DNA from: Chloroflexota bacterium
GTDB taxonomy: Bacteria > Chloroflexota > Dehalococcoidia > UBA2979
Direction of reading: 5' to 3'
Length of the DNA stretch: 19,496 nucleotides
NCBI GenBank assembly: GCA_027593235.1
Contig: JAQCIU010000048.1
Coordinates: 1 to 19,496 of the forward strand
Positions 1-11,170 of this stretch are shown in pieces; positions within the stretch are counted from its first letter, which is position 1; the number at the start of each line of letters is the position of its first letter. Under the pieces are notes generated by a model, which was given only the letters and a program-made list of their open reading frames with translations, did not search any database and had not been told where the DNA came from. The translations under genes were made by a program, and so were the position numbers.

Positions 1-1
1 C

Positions 2-499
2 GCGCCCGCCCCCCACCACACGCAGCCGTGGCGCTTCGCCGAGGTAATGCCGCCTCGACGCCCCGCGCTCGCCGCCGCGATGGGCGCCGCGTGGCGCGCC
101 GACCTCGAGGGCGACGACGTCCCCGGGGCCACGATCGAGCGCCTGCTGGCCCGCTCGCGCGGCCAGATCGAGGGCGCACCGACGCTGCTCCTCGGCTGCC
201 TCGTCGCCGATGGACTCAACCACTACGCCGACGATCGCCGCGCACGCGCTGAATGGTCACTCGCGACCCACTCGTTCGGCGCGGCGCTGCAGAACATCCT
301 GCTCACCGCCTCCGCGCGCGGCCTCGGCGCGTACTGGATCTCGGGGCCCGTCTACGCCCAGGCAGCCGTCCGCGCCGCTCTGGACCTCGATGAGACGTGG
401 CAGCCGCAGGCGTTCGTGGCGCTGGGCCGGCCAGACGCGGAGTACGCGCCGTTCGCGCGGCCGACGCCGGCACTCGGCGTCCACTTCACCCGTCGCTAG
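2..499 (+). CDS. Nitroreductase-family protein, FbiB C-terminal domain / FbiE-like (dehydro-F420 reductase), 5'-truncated by the window edge
   Basis: The frame is open from nt 2 and reads APAPHHTQPWRF (nitroreductase FMN-binding motif, FbiB-type 'APAPHHT'). It continues with WRADL..D, GAALQNILL.ASARGLGAYW and W.PQAFVALG, matching the recalled mycobacterial FbiB C-domain. Fusion to CofE upstream cannot be judged. Confidence 0.8.
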   Translation, partial: APAPHHTQPWRFAEVMPPRRPALAAAMGAAWRADLEGDDVPGATIERLLARSRGQIEGAPTLLLGCLVADGLNHYADDRRARAEWSLATHSFGAALQNILLTASARGLGAYWISGPVYAQAAVRAALDLDETWQPQAFVALGRPDAEYAPFARPTPALGVHFTRR

Positions 500-532
500 C
501 GCGCCTTCGGCACCGCCAGCGGCGCCCTGCTC

Positions 533-1225
533 CTAGCCGGCGAACTCCACCATCTCCAGTAGCTCCGTCAGCACGCTGATCCGCGGCACGTCGGCGTCCG
601 GTGCGCGGTCGTGGCGATCGAGGAATACCGCGTGCAGCCCGGCGGAGCGGGCCGGCGTGACGTCGTTGTCGATCCGATCCCCGACCGACAGCGCGGAGCC
701 CGGCTCGCCGCCGGTGTCCGCGATCGCCCGGGCGAAGAACGCCTGATTCGGCTTCGAGATGCCGATCGCCTCCGCCTGCTGGTGATGCGCGACGTGCGCC
801 ATGAACGGGTGGGCCGCCAGCGGCGCGTTCCCGTTCGTCGCCGCGATCAGCGTGAAGCCGCGGCCCGCGAGGGCGCTCAGCGCCTCTTCCACGTCGTCGT
901 AGGCGTGCAGGTTCGCGTCACGCGCCGCGTAGTAGGTGCCGGTGATCCGCCGCACCACCTCGGGCGCGTGCTCATCCGCCGAGGCGAGGACGCGTCGGAT
1001 CGACTCGTCACGCATCTCGACGAACGTGCGGCCGCTCCAGGCCGGGTCAACCGAGAGCAGCTCGCGCGATAGATGAAGCTGCGTCGGCGTGACCAGCGTG
1101 CCGAGGCAGCCCGAAGCTTCCTCCGCTGCCGCGCGGAGTGCGGCCTGGAGCGCCGATTCGAAATCGACCAGCGTCCCGTCCACATCGAACACGATGTGGG
1201 TCACCTGGAACGGCGGCGTGGACAC
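533..1225 (-). CDS. HAD-superfamily hydrolase (subfamily IA, YigB/YjjG-like phosphatase)
   Basis: Motif I FDVDGTL, motif II ATNGNA, motif III SKP, motif IV VGDRIDND. The GTG start overlaps the hisF TAG stop (TAGTG). Confidence 0.88.
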   Translation of the reverse strand: MSTPPFQVTHIVFDVDGTLVDFESALQAALRAAAEEASGCLGTLVTPTQLHLSRELLSVDPAWSGRTFVEMRDESIRRVLASADEHAPEVVRRITGTYYAARDANLHAYDDVEEALSALAGRGFTLIAATNGNAPLAAHPFMAHVAHHQQAEAIGISKPNQAFFARAIADTGGEPGSALSVGDRIDNDVTPARSAGLHAVFLDRHDRAPDADVPRISVLTELLEMVEFAG

Positions 1226-2019
1226 TAGCCCTCGGTGGGAGCGGGCGCCGCCGGGGTCTCGACGGGCCGCATCGGCACCCCGCGACCCTGGAGGTACTGC
1301 TTGAGGAACGGGATGTCGTACTTGCCAAAGTGGAAGATCGAAGCTGCCAGCACCGCGTCCGCGCCGCCGGCGGTCAGCGCGTCGTAGAGGTGCGAGGGCT
1401 CGCCGGCGCCGCCGGAGGCGATGATCGGGACCTCCACCGCGTCGCTAATCGCACGCAGCATCGGGATGTCGTAGCCGCGCTGGTGCCCGTCTGTATCCAT
1501 CGAGGTCACCAGCAACTCGCCGGCGCCTCGATCGACCGCCTCGCGTGCCCACTCGACCGCGTCCCGGCCGGTCGGGGTCCGTCCGCCGTGGGTGAAGATC
1601 TCCCACTTACCCTCGGCGATCTTCTTCGCGTCCACGGCGACCACGATGCACTGCGAACCGAACCGTTGCGAGGCCTCGTCGACCAGCTCCGGGCGCTCCA
1701 CCGCGGCCGTGTTCATCGACACCTTGTCGGCGCCCTGTTCGAGCATCAGCCGCACGTCATCGCCGGAGCGGACGCCGCCGCCCACGGTCAGCGGGATGAA
1801 GACCTGGTCCGCCGTGCGGGCGATCATCTCGTAGACGCTGGTGCGCTGATCGGAGGAGGCGGTGATGTCCAGGAAGACCAGCTCGTCCGCGCCGGCCGCG
1901 TCGTACTTCGCCGCCAGCTCCACCGGGTCGCCGGCATCACGCAGCTCGACGAACGACACGCCTTTGACGACGCGGCCGTTGTCGACATCGAAGCAGGGGA
2001 TGATTCTTTTGGTCAGCAC
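1225..2019 (-). CDS. hisF: Imidazole glycerol phosphate synthase cyclase subunit HisF
   Basis: [71 protein letters not shown]. Start moved to GTG 2019 to match the family N-terminus. Confidence 0.97.
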   Translation of the reverse strand: MLTKRIIPCFDVDNGRVVKGVSFVELRDAGDPVELAAKYDAAGADELVFLDITASSDQRTSVYEMIARTADQVFIPLTVGGGVRSGDDVRLMLEQGADKVSMNTAAVERPELVDEASQRFGSQCIVVAVDAKKIAEGKWEIFTHGGRTPTGRDAVEWAREAVDRGAGELLVTSMDTDGHQRGYDIPMLRAISDAVEVPIIASGGAGEPSHLYDALTAGGADAVLAASIFHFGKYDIPFLKQYLQGRGVPMRPVETPAAPAPTEG

Positions 2020-2091
2020 CCGACCATGATCGCCGCAGATCGGCGGGGACGCCACCCACGCCCGCTGGCGCCAACTCCATCGAGGCGGTGC

Positions 2092-2805
2092 CTATCGGGC
2101 GGCGGCGATTGCCTCGGACAGATCGAGCTCGCCGCGGTAGAGCGCACGACCGATGATTGCGCCGTCGACACCGGCCTCGCGGAGGCGACGCAGGTCCTCG
2201 ATGCTGCTCACGCCGCCTGCTGCGATCACCTTCACGGAGGTCTCGGCGGTCAGCCGGTCGTACATCGTGAAGCTGGGCCCGCCCTTCACGCCGTCGCGCA
2301 TGATGTCCGTGTAGACGACACGCTGCACGCCCATCCCCTGCAGGCGTTCGATCAGCGCCAGCGCGGAAATATCGGTGGACTCGGTCCAGCCCTGCAGGCT
2401 GACGAGGCCCTCGCGCGCGTCGACGGAGACGATCAGGTGGTCGCCCGCAACCGCGACGGCGTCGCGCAGCATCTGCGGGTCCTTCACCGCGGCGGTGCCG
2501 ATCACGACGCGGCTCACGCCACTCTCCAGCGTGCGCTCCAGCGTCGGAATATCCCGGATCCCGCCGCCGTACTGAATGGCGCTATCCACGGTTTGCACGA
2601 TGCGACGAACTACCTCGGCGTTTGCCTGGCTGCCGTCGCGCGCACCATCAAGGTCGACGACGTGGATCCGCTTCGCGCCCAGCGCCGCCCAGCGGACCGC
2701 CATCTTTACCGGATCATCGCCAAAGACGGTTTCCCGGTCGTAGTCGCCCTGCTCCAGGCGGACGCAACGTCCGTCGCGGATATCGATCGCTGGGATCACG
2801 TCCAA
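2092..2805 (-). CDS. hisA: ProFAR isomerase HisA
   Basis: VIPAIDIRDGRCVRL.QG, IHVVDLDGA, GGGIR, VIGTAAV, YTDI.RDG, GAIIGRALY. TTG start with AGGAG SD at 2813-2817. Confidence 0.96.
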   Translation of the reverse strand: MDVIPAIDIRDGRCVRLEQGDYDRETVFGDDPVKMAVRWAALGAKRIHVVDLDGARDGSQANAEVVRRIVQTVDSAIQYGGGIRDIPTLERTLESGVSRVVIGTAAVKDPQMLRDAVAVAGDHLIVSVDAREGLVSLQGWTESTDISALALIERLQGMGVQRVVYTDIMRDGVKGGPSFTMYDRLTAETSVKVIAAGGVSSIEDLRRLREAGVDGAIIGRALYRGELDLSEAIAAAR

Positions 2806-2823
2806 CGCTGTGCTCCTGATGGC

Positions 2824-3492
2824 TCAGCCTCGCGCAGCCGACACCGGCTCCGGAGAAATTGAACCGCGCTCCCGCGCGAGTCGGATGAAGTTGGCGTACA
2901 ACCTCAGGCCGCTCGCACCTGACTTCTCTGGGTGGAACTGGGTCGCAATCACGTTGTCGCGCCCCACTACGGCCGGGAACACCCGACCTTCGTACTCCGT
3001 AACCCCTATCACCATCGTCGGCTCGTCCGGCTGTGCGTGATATGAGTGCACGAAGTAGAAATATGCGTCCTGGGCGATACCGTCGAACACCGGGTGCGGT
3101 TGTTCGACGTGTACCGTGTTCCAGCCGATGTGCGGGACGGTCAGGCCACGTGGGAATCGCACGATCCGGCCGGGCAAGACGCCCAGACATTCGTGCCGTC
3201 CACCCTCTTCAGACAGGTCAAATAACGCCTGCATGCCCATGCAGACGCCGAGAAACGGACGCTCCGAAGCGATGTAGTCACGAATTGGCCCATCGAGGCC
3301 ACTGCCCCGCAGGTTCTTCATCGTGTCCGCCGCGGCGCCCACGCCGGGGACGATCAGCGCCCAGGCGGCCTCGATCGCGTGCGATTGCGAGGTCACCAAC
3401 GGTTCGTAGCCGGCATGTGCGACCGCTCGTGCCACGCTACGCAGATTGCCTGCGCCGTAGTCGACGATCGTGACCGTGCGCTCCGAACTCAC
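2824..3492 (-). CDS. hisH: Imidazole glycerol phosphate synthase glutaminase subunit HisH
   Basis: IVDYGAGNLRSV, PGVGA, LGVCMGMQ (catalytic Cys), VPHIGWN, FYFVHSY, QFHPEKS. GTG 3492 with GGAGG SD at 3499-3503. Confidence 0.96.
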   Translation of the reverse strand: MSSERTVTIVDYGAGNLRSVARAVAHAGYEPLVTSQSHAIEAAWALIVPGVGAAADTMKNLRGSGLDGPIRDYIASERPFLGVCMGMQALFDLSEEGGRHECLGVLPGRIVRFPRGLTVPHIGWNTVHVEQPHPVFDGIAQDAYFYFVHSYHAQPDEPTMVIGVTEYEGRVFPAVVGRDNVIATQFHPEKSGASGLRLYANFIRLARERGSISPEPVSAARG

Positions 3493-3520
3493 GCCTGACC
3501 TCCAAGTTCCACGAACTCTG

Positions 3521-5630
<2,110 letters not shown>

Positions 5631-5674
5631 CAGCGCTCCTCGGACGATGCTCAGGGCGGTGAAAGGGGCGCACG

Positions 5675-5875
5675 ATGGCTGACACGATGGAGTTGGAACG
5701 CGTGATCATCAGCTCGCTCGGCGAGAATGACCAGATGTCCAAGAAGGACTTCAACAAGCTGATCGAGATCGACAGCGCCTACATGGCATCAACGCTTCGC
5801 AAGCTGATCCGCGAAGGGAAGATCGTGTCAGGCAGCGACGGCAGCACCCGCGTCTACCGCCTCGTTCGCCGCTAG
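5675..5875 (+). CDS. Small (66 aa) winged helix-turn-helix-like protein
   Basis: ATG preceded by purine-rich AAAGGGG, GC-rich third codon positions like neighbouring genes, and it fills the ligA-VIT1 gap. Pattern is three helices plus a beta-hairpin wing (TLRKLIREGKIV...TRVYRL). Confidence 0.75.
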   Translation: MADTMELERVIISSLGENDQMSKKDFNKLIEIDSAYMASTLRKLIREGKIVSGSDGSTRVYRLVRR

Positions 5876-5888
5876 CCGAGCAGCCGGC

Positions 5889-6665
5889 GTGTTCCCACGC
5901 CTCTCGCGGCGACGGCACCAGCCGATCGCCGCTGACCACACACCCGCGGCGATTCGCGCTCGCCTCGAGGATGGCCCCGCCCAGAGCTACCTCCGCGACT
6001 TCGTCTACGGCGCGATTGACGGCGCCGTCACCACCTTCGCCGTCGCCGCCGGAGCCGTCGGCGCCGATCTCTCCGGCGGGATCGTCGTCGTCCTCGGCCT
6101 CGCCAACCTCTTCGCCGACGGGTTCAGCATGGCCGCGAGCAACTACCTCGGAACCCGCGCCGATCGCGAATTGCTCACGGAATTGCGTCGCTCCGAGGGT
6201 GAACAAATCGACCTGGTGCCCGAAGGCGAGCGCGAAGAAGTGCGGCAGCTCTACGCCGCGAAGGGATTCTCGGGGGACGATCTGGAGCGCGTCGTCGCCG
6301 TCCTCACCGCAGACCGCGACCGCTGGATCGACACGATGGTGACGGAAGAACACGGTCTGCAACTTGATGGTCCGCGCCCCGGCAAGGCCGCAACCGCCAC
6401 CTTCTTCGCGTTCCTCGTCGTCGGCACCATCCCACTCCTGCCCTTCCTGATCGACGAATTGGCGGCGGGGAGCGTCTCCCGGCCGTTTCTCTGGAGCGCC
6501 GCCCTGACCGCGGTCGCCTTCCTCGCCGTTGGCGCGATGAAGGGGCTCACGCTGGGCACCCGGTTGACGCGATCGGCGATTGAGACGCTCGTTGTCGGCG
6601 GCCTCGCCGCATCGACCGCCTGGATTATTTGTTATGTCCTGCGCGGCATTGCGGACAGCAGCTGA
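5889..6665 (+). CDS. VIT1/CCC1 family Fe2+/Mn2+ transporter
   Basis: LRDFVYGAIDGAVTTFA and GLANLFADGFSMAASNYL signatures, a Glu-rich cytoplasmic metal-binding segment (EGEREEVRQLY...MVTEEHG) and three C-terminal TM helices. Confidence 0.92.
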   Translation: MFPRLSRRRHQPIAADHTPAAIRARLEDGPAQSYLRDFVYGAIDGAVTTFAVAAGAVGADLSGGIVVVLGLANLFADGFSMAASNYLGTRADRELLTELRRSEGEQIDLVPEGEREEVRQLYAAKGFSGDDLERVVAVLTADRDRWIDTMVTEEHGLQLDGPRPGKAATATFFAFLVVGTIPLLPFLIDELAAGSVSRPFLWSAALTAVAFLAVGAMKGLTLGTRLTRSAIETLVVGGLAASTAWIICYVLRGIADSS

Positions 6666-6715
6666 CCAAACCCGAGCCCCGACTGCTCTGTGGGATGGGC
6701 ATCACGGACGCGGCG

Positions 6716-6745
6716 TTGATAACCGGAACTGCGCACCCGTATACT
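6716..6745 (+). promoter_or_regulatory. Putative sigma70 promoter of the mre operon
   Basis: TTGATA (6716-6721), 18-nt spacer, TATACT (6740-6745). Confidence 0.65.
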
Positions 6746-6800
6746 CCAGATGACCGTTTTCCCCGGCGGTCCCGCTTCTCCCCGTTTGCGAGCACCCGCG

Positions 6801-7862
<1,062 letters not shown>

Positions 7863-7924
7863 GCCGCATCGCCTGCACCGCTCGCGAGGCCACCGCGGCC
7901 CAATACCCTTCGGCGACCTGACCG

Positions 7925-8770
7925 GTGGCGGGCAGCCGCAGTGCCGTTTGGTTCTCGGCGCTGTTCGCTGCGGCGTTGCTGCTCCTCCTCGGCTCCACCC
8001 TGCCGCCCGCCGGTCGCATCGAGGAACAGGCGCGCGCCGTCGTCAGCCCGCTCGTTGCCTCCCTCGGTGACCTCGCGCGCCCCGTCGGCAACGTCGTGCT
8101 GCGCGCCAACGAGGTGGATCGCCTTGCCGGCGACAACGCGGCGCTGCGGCTCGAAGTTGAGCGCCTCCAGAGCGAGCTGGCCGCCCTGCGCGAACAGCAG
8201 ACGATCGCCGGAGCCGCCGCTGAGCTCTATGGCTCGGCGCGCCTCGCCCCGGATCAGGCGCTCCTCGCGCCGGTCCTGCTGCGCGACCCCGCCCCCGGCC
8301 AGCGCGCCTTCCTGATCGGACGCGGGGCCGACGATGGCGTGCTCGTCGGCCAGCCCGTGCTCGGCCCCGGTGGCACCCTCGTCGGTGTCGTCGCGCAGGT
8401 CGAGGCAGGCCGCGCCTGGCTTCGCCTGCTCACCGACGTCGACGCCGCGGTCGCCGTGACCGTGCAGTCGTCGCGCACCCTCGGGGCACTGGTCGGCACC
8501 GGCGATGGCCTCTCGCTCGAACTGGTCGAGCGTGGCAAGAACGTCGCCATCGGCGACATCCTCGTCACGTCAGTCCTCGGTGATCGCCTCCCCGCAGGGC
8601 TGGTCGCCGGACGCGTCACCGCTGTCCGATCGAACGCGCAGGCGCTGCATCAGACGATCACCGTCGAACCGCTCACCGATCCGCGCCGCCTCGAGCAGGT
8701 GCTCGTCCTCACCAGCTTCCGCCCCGTGCCGCCCGTCGCGGACACCCCGATCGCCCGGCCGGCGCCGTGA
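7925..8770 (+). CDS. mreC: Rod shape-determining protein MreC
   Basis: N-terminal TM helix, coiled coil (DNAALRLEVERL), IGRGADDGV, GDILVTS...PAGLVAGRV. Located directly after mreB. Confidence 0.92.
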   Translation: MAGSRSAVWFSALFAAALLLLLGSTLPPAGRIEEQARAVVSPLVASLGDLARPVGNVVLRANEVDRLAGDNAALRLEVERLQSELAALREQQTIAGAAAELYGSARLAPDQALLAPVLLRDPAPGQRAFLIGRGADDGVLVGQPVLGPGGTLVGVVAQVEAGRAWLRLLTDVDAAVAVTVQSSRTLGALVGTGDGLSLELVERGKNVAIGDILVTSVLGDRLPAGLVAGRVTAVRSNAQALHQTITVEPLTDPRRLEQVLVLTSFRPVPPVADTPIARPAP

Positions 8771-9264
8771 TCGCGCTGACGATCGCCCTCGGCATACTCG
8801 CGGCTCTGCTCCAGGCGGCCGTCGTTCCCGCGTTCTTCCTCGACGCCTGGGCCGCGCCGATCCCCGCCTGTGCGCTCATCGCCGCCTGGGCCGCCGCACG
8901 ACGGCCCGAGGAGACGTGGCCGATCGCCGCCGCCGCCGCGCTTGTGCTCGGCGTCATCTCCGTCGAGCGAGCCGGCTGGTTCCTGCTCGCGTTGCTGCCG
9001 TCCGTCGGCGGCGCGATCCTCCTCGCGTCGGTCTCGCGAGAGAACCGAGGGCTTTCCGCCCGCCTCAGTCGCGGCATCGCGGCGGCCGCGATCGGGAGCC
9101 TCGGCTATGCCGCCGTCCTCGGACTGGGCGCCGCCCGCGACGGCGCGGTCTTCCGCGAGAGCGCCGCCGTCGCATTCGCGGCCGTCGGTACCGCCCTACT
9201 CGCTGCCATCGTCGTCACCGCACTCACACCGTTCCGCCGCCACCCGGTCGGGCTCTTCCGATGA
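8767..9264 (+). CDS. mreD: Rod shape-determining membrane protein MreD (divergent)
   Basis: 165 aa with about 5 hydrophobic helices, GTGA overlap with the mreC stop, and position between mreC and PBP2. Call rests mainly on synteny and size. Confidence 0.75.
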   Translation: MIALTIALGILAALLQAAVVPAFFLDAWAAPIPACALIAAWAAARRPEETWPIAAAAALVLGVISVERAGWFLLALLPSVGGAILLASVSRENRGLSARLSRGIAAAAIGSLGYAAVLGLGAARDGAVFRESAAVAFAAVGTALLAAIVVTALTPFRRHPVGLFR

Positions 9265-9291
9265 CGGTCTCCGGCGGGCCCTTCCGATGAC
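9244..9291 (+). repeat. Imperfect duplication of the mreD 3' end (CCGG[T]CGGGC[T/C]CTTCCGATGAC x2)
   Basis: Exact CTTCCGATGAC at 9255-9265 and 9281-9291, with similar sequence upstream of each copy. Confidence 0.75.
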
Positions 9292-11170
9292 CGCGATCGA
9301 GCGGCGGCGCTTCCTCGCGCTGCGGCTCGGGGCCGTCGTCGTCTTCGCCGTACTCGGCGCGCAGCTTGTCCGGCTGCAGCTCATCGCGCCCACACCTCCG
9401 CCCATCCTCGCCAGCGGCGAAATCGCGCGCGTCGTGGAATCCGCCGCCGCACGCGGCCTGATCTACGACCGTGACGGGCGGCCGCTCGTCGCCAATGTCC
9501 CCGCGTATGCCCTCCGGCTTGTGCCCGCCGATCTGCCCACGGACGATCGCACCCGTCGCACCGCGCTCGTCGCGATCGAGCGCGAGTCCGGCGTCTCCGT
9601 CGCCGATCTCGAGGCGGCGACCCAGGACGGCCTCGCCGCCATCGATCCGACCGCCCCCATCGAGGTGCGCGCGCTCCCCTCCGCTACCGAGGCGATTCGC
9701 CTCCGCGCCGCGCTGGCGACCATCCCCGGCGTCGAGGTCACCGCCGTCCCACACCGCGTCTACACGGGCGGCGATCTGGTCGGTCACCTCGTCGGCCATG
9801 TCGGTGCGATCGCCGAGTCCGAGGTCGACGCCTACCTCGCCGCCGGGTACGCCCTCGATGCCACGGTCGGGCAGAGCGGCCTCGAGGCGACCTATGAGGA
9901 CGCGTTGCGCGGCCGGCCTGCCCGCCGGCTCGTCGTCTCGGATCCAACCGGACGTGACTACGGCCAGCTCAGCGAATTCGCCGCCCAGCCCGGTGCCGGC
10001 CTCCAGCTCTCGATCGACCTCGGGCTTCAGCGCGCCACCACCGATGCCCTGCTCGCCGCCATCGAGGCCGGCCTCCCGCCCGCGGTGGCGGGCCGCGAAC
10101 CGCCAACTAGGGTCGCCGCCGCCGTCGCGCTCGATGTTCACAGCGGCGAGGTGCTCGCACAGGTCTCGCTCCCCTCGTTCGACCCCAACATCCTCGGCAG
10201 CGGTGACGATAAGGCGCTGCTCGCCCTGTTCACCGATCCGGCGCGCCCGCTCGTGGACCGCACCTACATGGAGGCGCACGCGCCCGGCTCCACGTTCAAG
10301 ACCCTCGTCGCCTATGCCGCGCTCGAGGAAGGCGTCGCCACGCCGGACACCACGATCACCAGCACCGGCGCGATCTACATCCAGGACGAGTACGATCCGT
10401 CCGTCACCTACACCTTCCGCGACTGGGCCGCGCACGGCTCGACGAACCTCTACTGGGGCCTCGCGCGCTCCTCGGACGTCTACTTCTACTACCTGTCGGG
10501 CGGGTACGCGCGTGGCGGAGTCACCTACTTCGAGGGCCTCGGCGCGACCCGGCTGGCCTCTTACGCGCGCCAGATCGGCCTCGGATCAGCGACTGGCCTC
10601 GATCTCCCGGGCGAGGTCGACGGACTCGTACCGGACCCCGACTGGAAGAGCGAGGCGATCGGCGATCCATGGTTCCTCGGCGACACCTACACCTTCGGCA
10701 TCGGCCAGGGCTACCTCGCTGTCTCGCCGATGCAGATGGCCGTGCTCACCGCCGCCATCGCGAACGACGGCGACATCCTCGAACCGCGCCTGGTGCGTGG
10801 TCTCCTGGTAGACGGCAAGTCGTCGCCGACGCCACGTGTTGTGCGGTCGCACCTCGAGAACCACGGTGACTCGCTCGCGATCGTTCGCGAGGCGATGCGC
10901 ATCACCGCGGGGCCCGGTGGCACCGCCACCGCCGGCCAGCCGTCCGGCCTCACGATCGGCGGCAAGACCGGTACCGCCGAGTTCGGCGCCCCGTACGCCG
11001 ACGGTCACTTCGACACGCACGGCTGGTACATCGCGTTCGCACCGTTCGAGGATCCGCAGATCGCGGTCGCCGTCTACATCGAGCACGGCGTCGGCTCCAC
11101 GCACGCCGCGCCCGTCGCCCGCGCGATGTTCGAGTACTACTTCGATCTGGGGGTCGCCTCCGATGACTGA
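9287..11170 (+). CDS. mrdA: Penicillin-binding protein 2 (class B transpeptidase)
   Basis: N-terminal TM, RGLIYDRDG, G.SGLE..YE..LRG, catalytic motifs STFK (SxxK), SSD (SxD, PBP2-type) and KTGT. ATG 9287. Confidence 0.95.
   Translation: MTAIERRRFLALRLGAVVVFAVLGAQLVRLQLIAPTPPPILASGEIARVVESAAARGLIYDRDGRPLVANVPAYALRLVPADLPTDDRTRRTALVAIERESGVSVADLEAATQDGLAAIDPTAPIEVRALPSATEAIRLRAALATIPGVEVTAVPHRVYTGGDLVGHLVGHVGAIAESEVDAYLAAGYALDATVGQSGLEATYEDALRGRPARRLVVSDPTGRDYGQLSEFAAQPGAGLQLSIDLGLQRATTDALLAAIEAGLPPAVAGREPPTRVAAAVALDVHSGEVLAQVSLPSFDPNILGSGDDKALLALFTDPARPLVDRTYMEAHAPGSTFKTLVAYAALEEGVATPDTTITSTGAIYIQDEYDPSVTYTFRDWAAHGSTNLYWGLARSSDVYFYYLSGGYARGGVTYFEGLGATRLASYARQIGLGSATGLDLPGEVDGLVPDPDWKSEAIGDPWFLGDTYTFGIGQGYLAVSPMQMAVLTAAIANDGDILEPRLVRGLLVDGKSSPTPRVVRSHLENHGDSLAIVREAMRITAGPGGTATAGQPSGLTIGGKTGTAEFGAPYADGHFDTHGWYIAFAPFEDPQIAVAVYIEHGVGSTHAAPVARAMFEYYFDLGVASDD

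Noticed and set aside
1138-2862. 574-aa plus-strand ORF, and similar long antisense ORFs at 9224-10435, 13071-13862, 13899-14699 and 14974-16284
   Set aside because: Shadow ORFs antisense to clearly identified genes (hisF/hisA, mrdA, clpC, rpsA), expected in high-GC DNA, with no family motifs.
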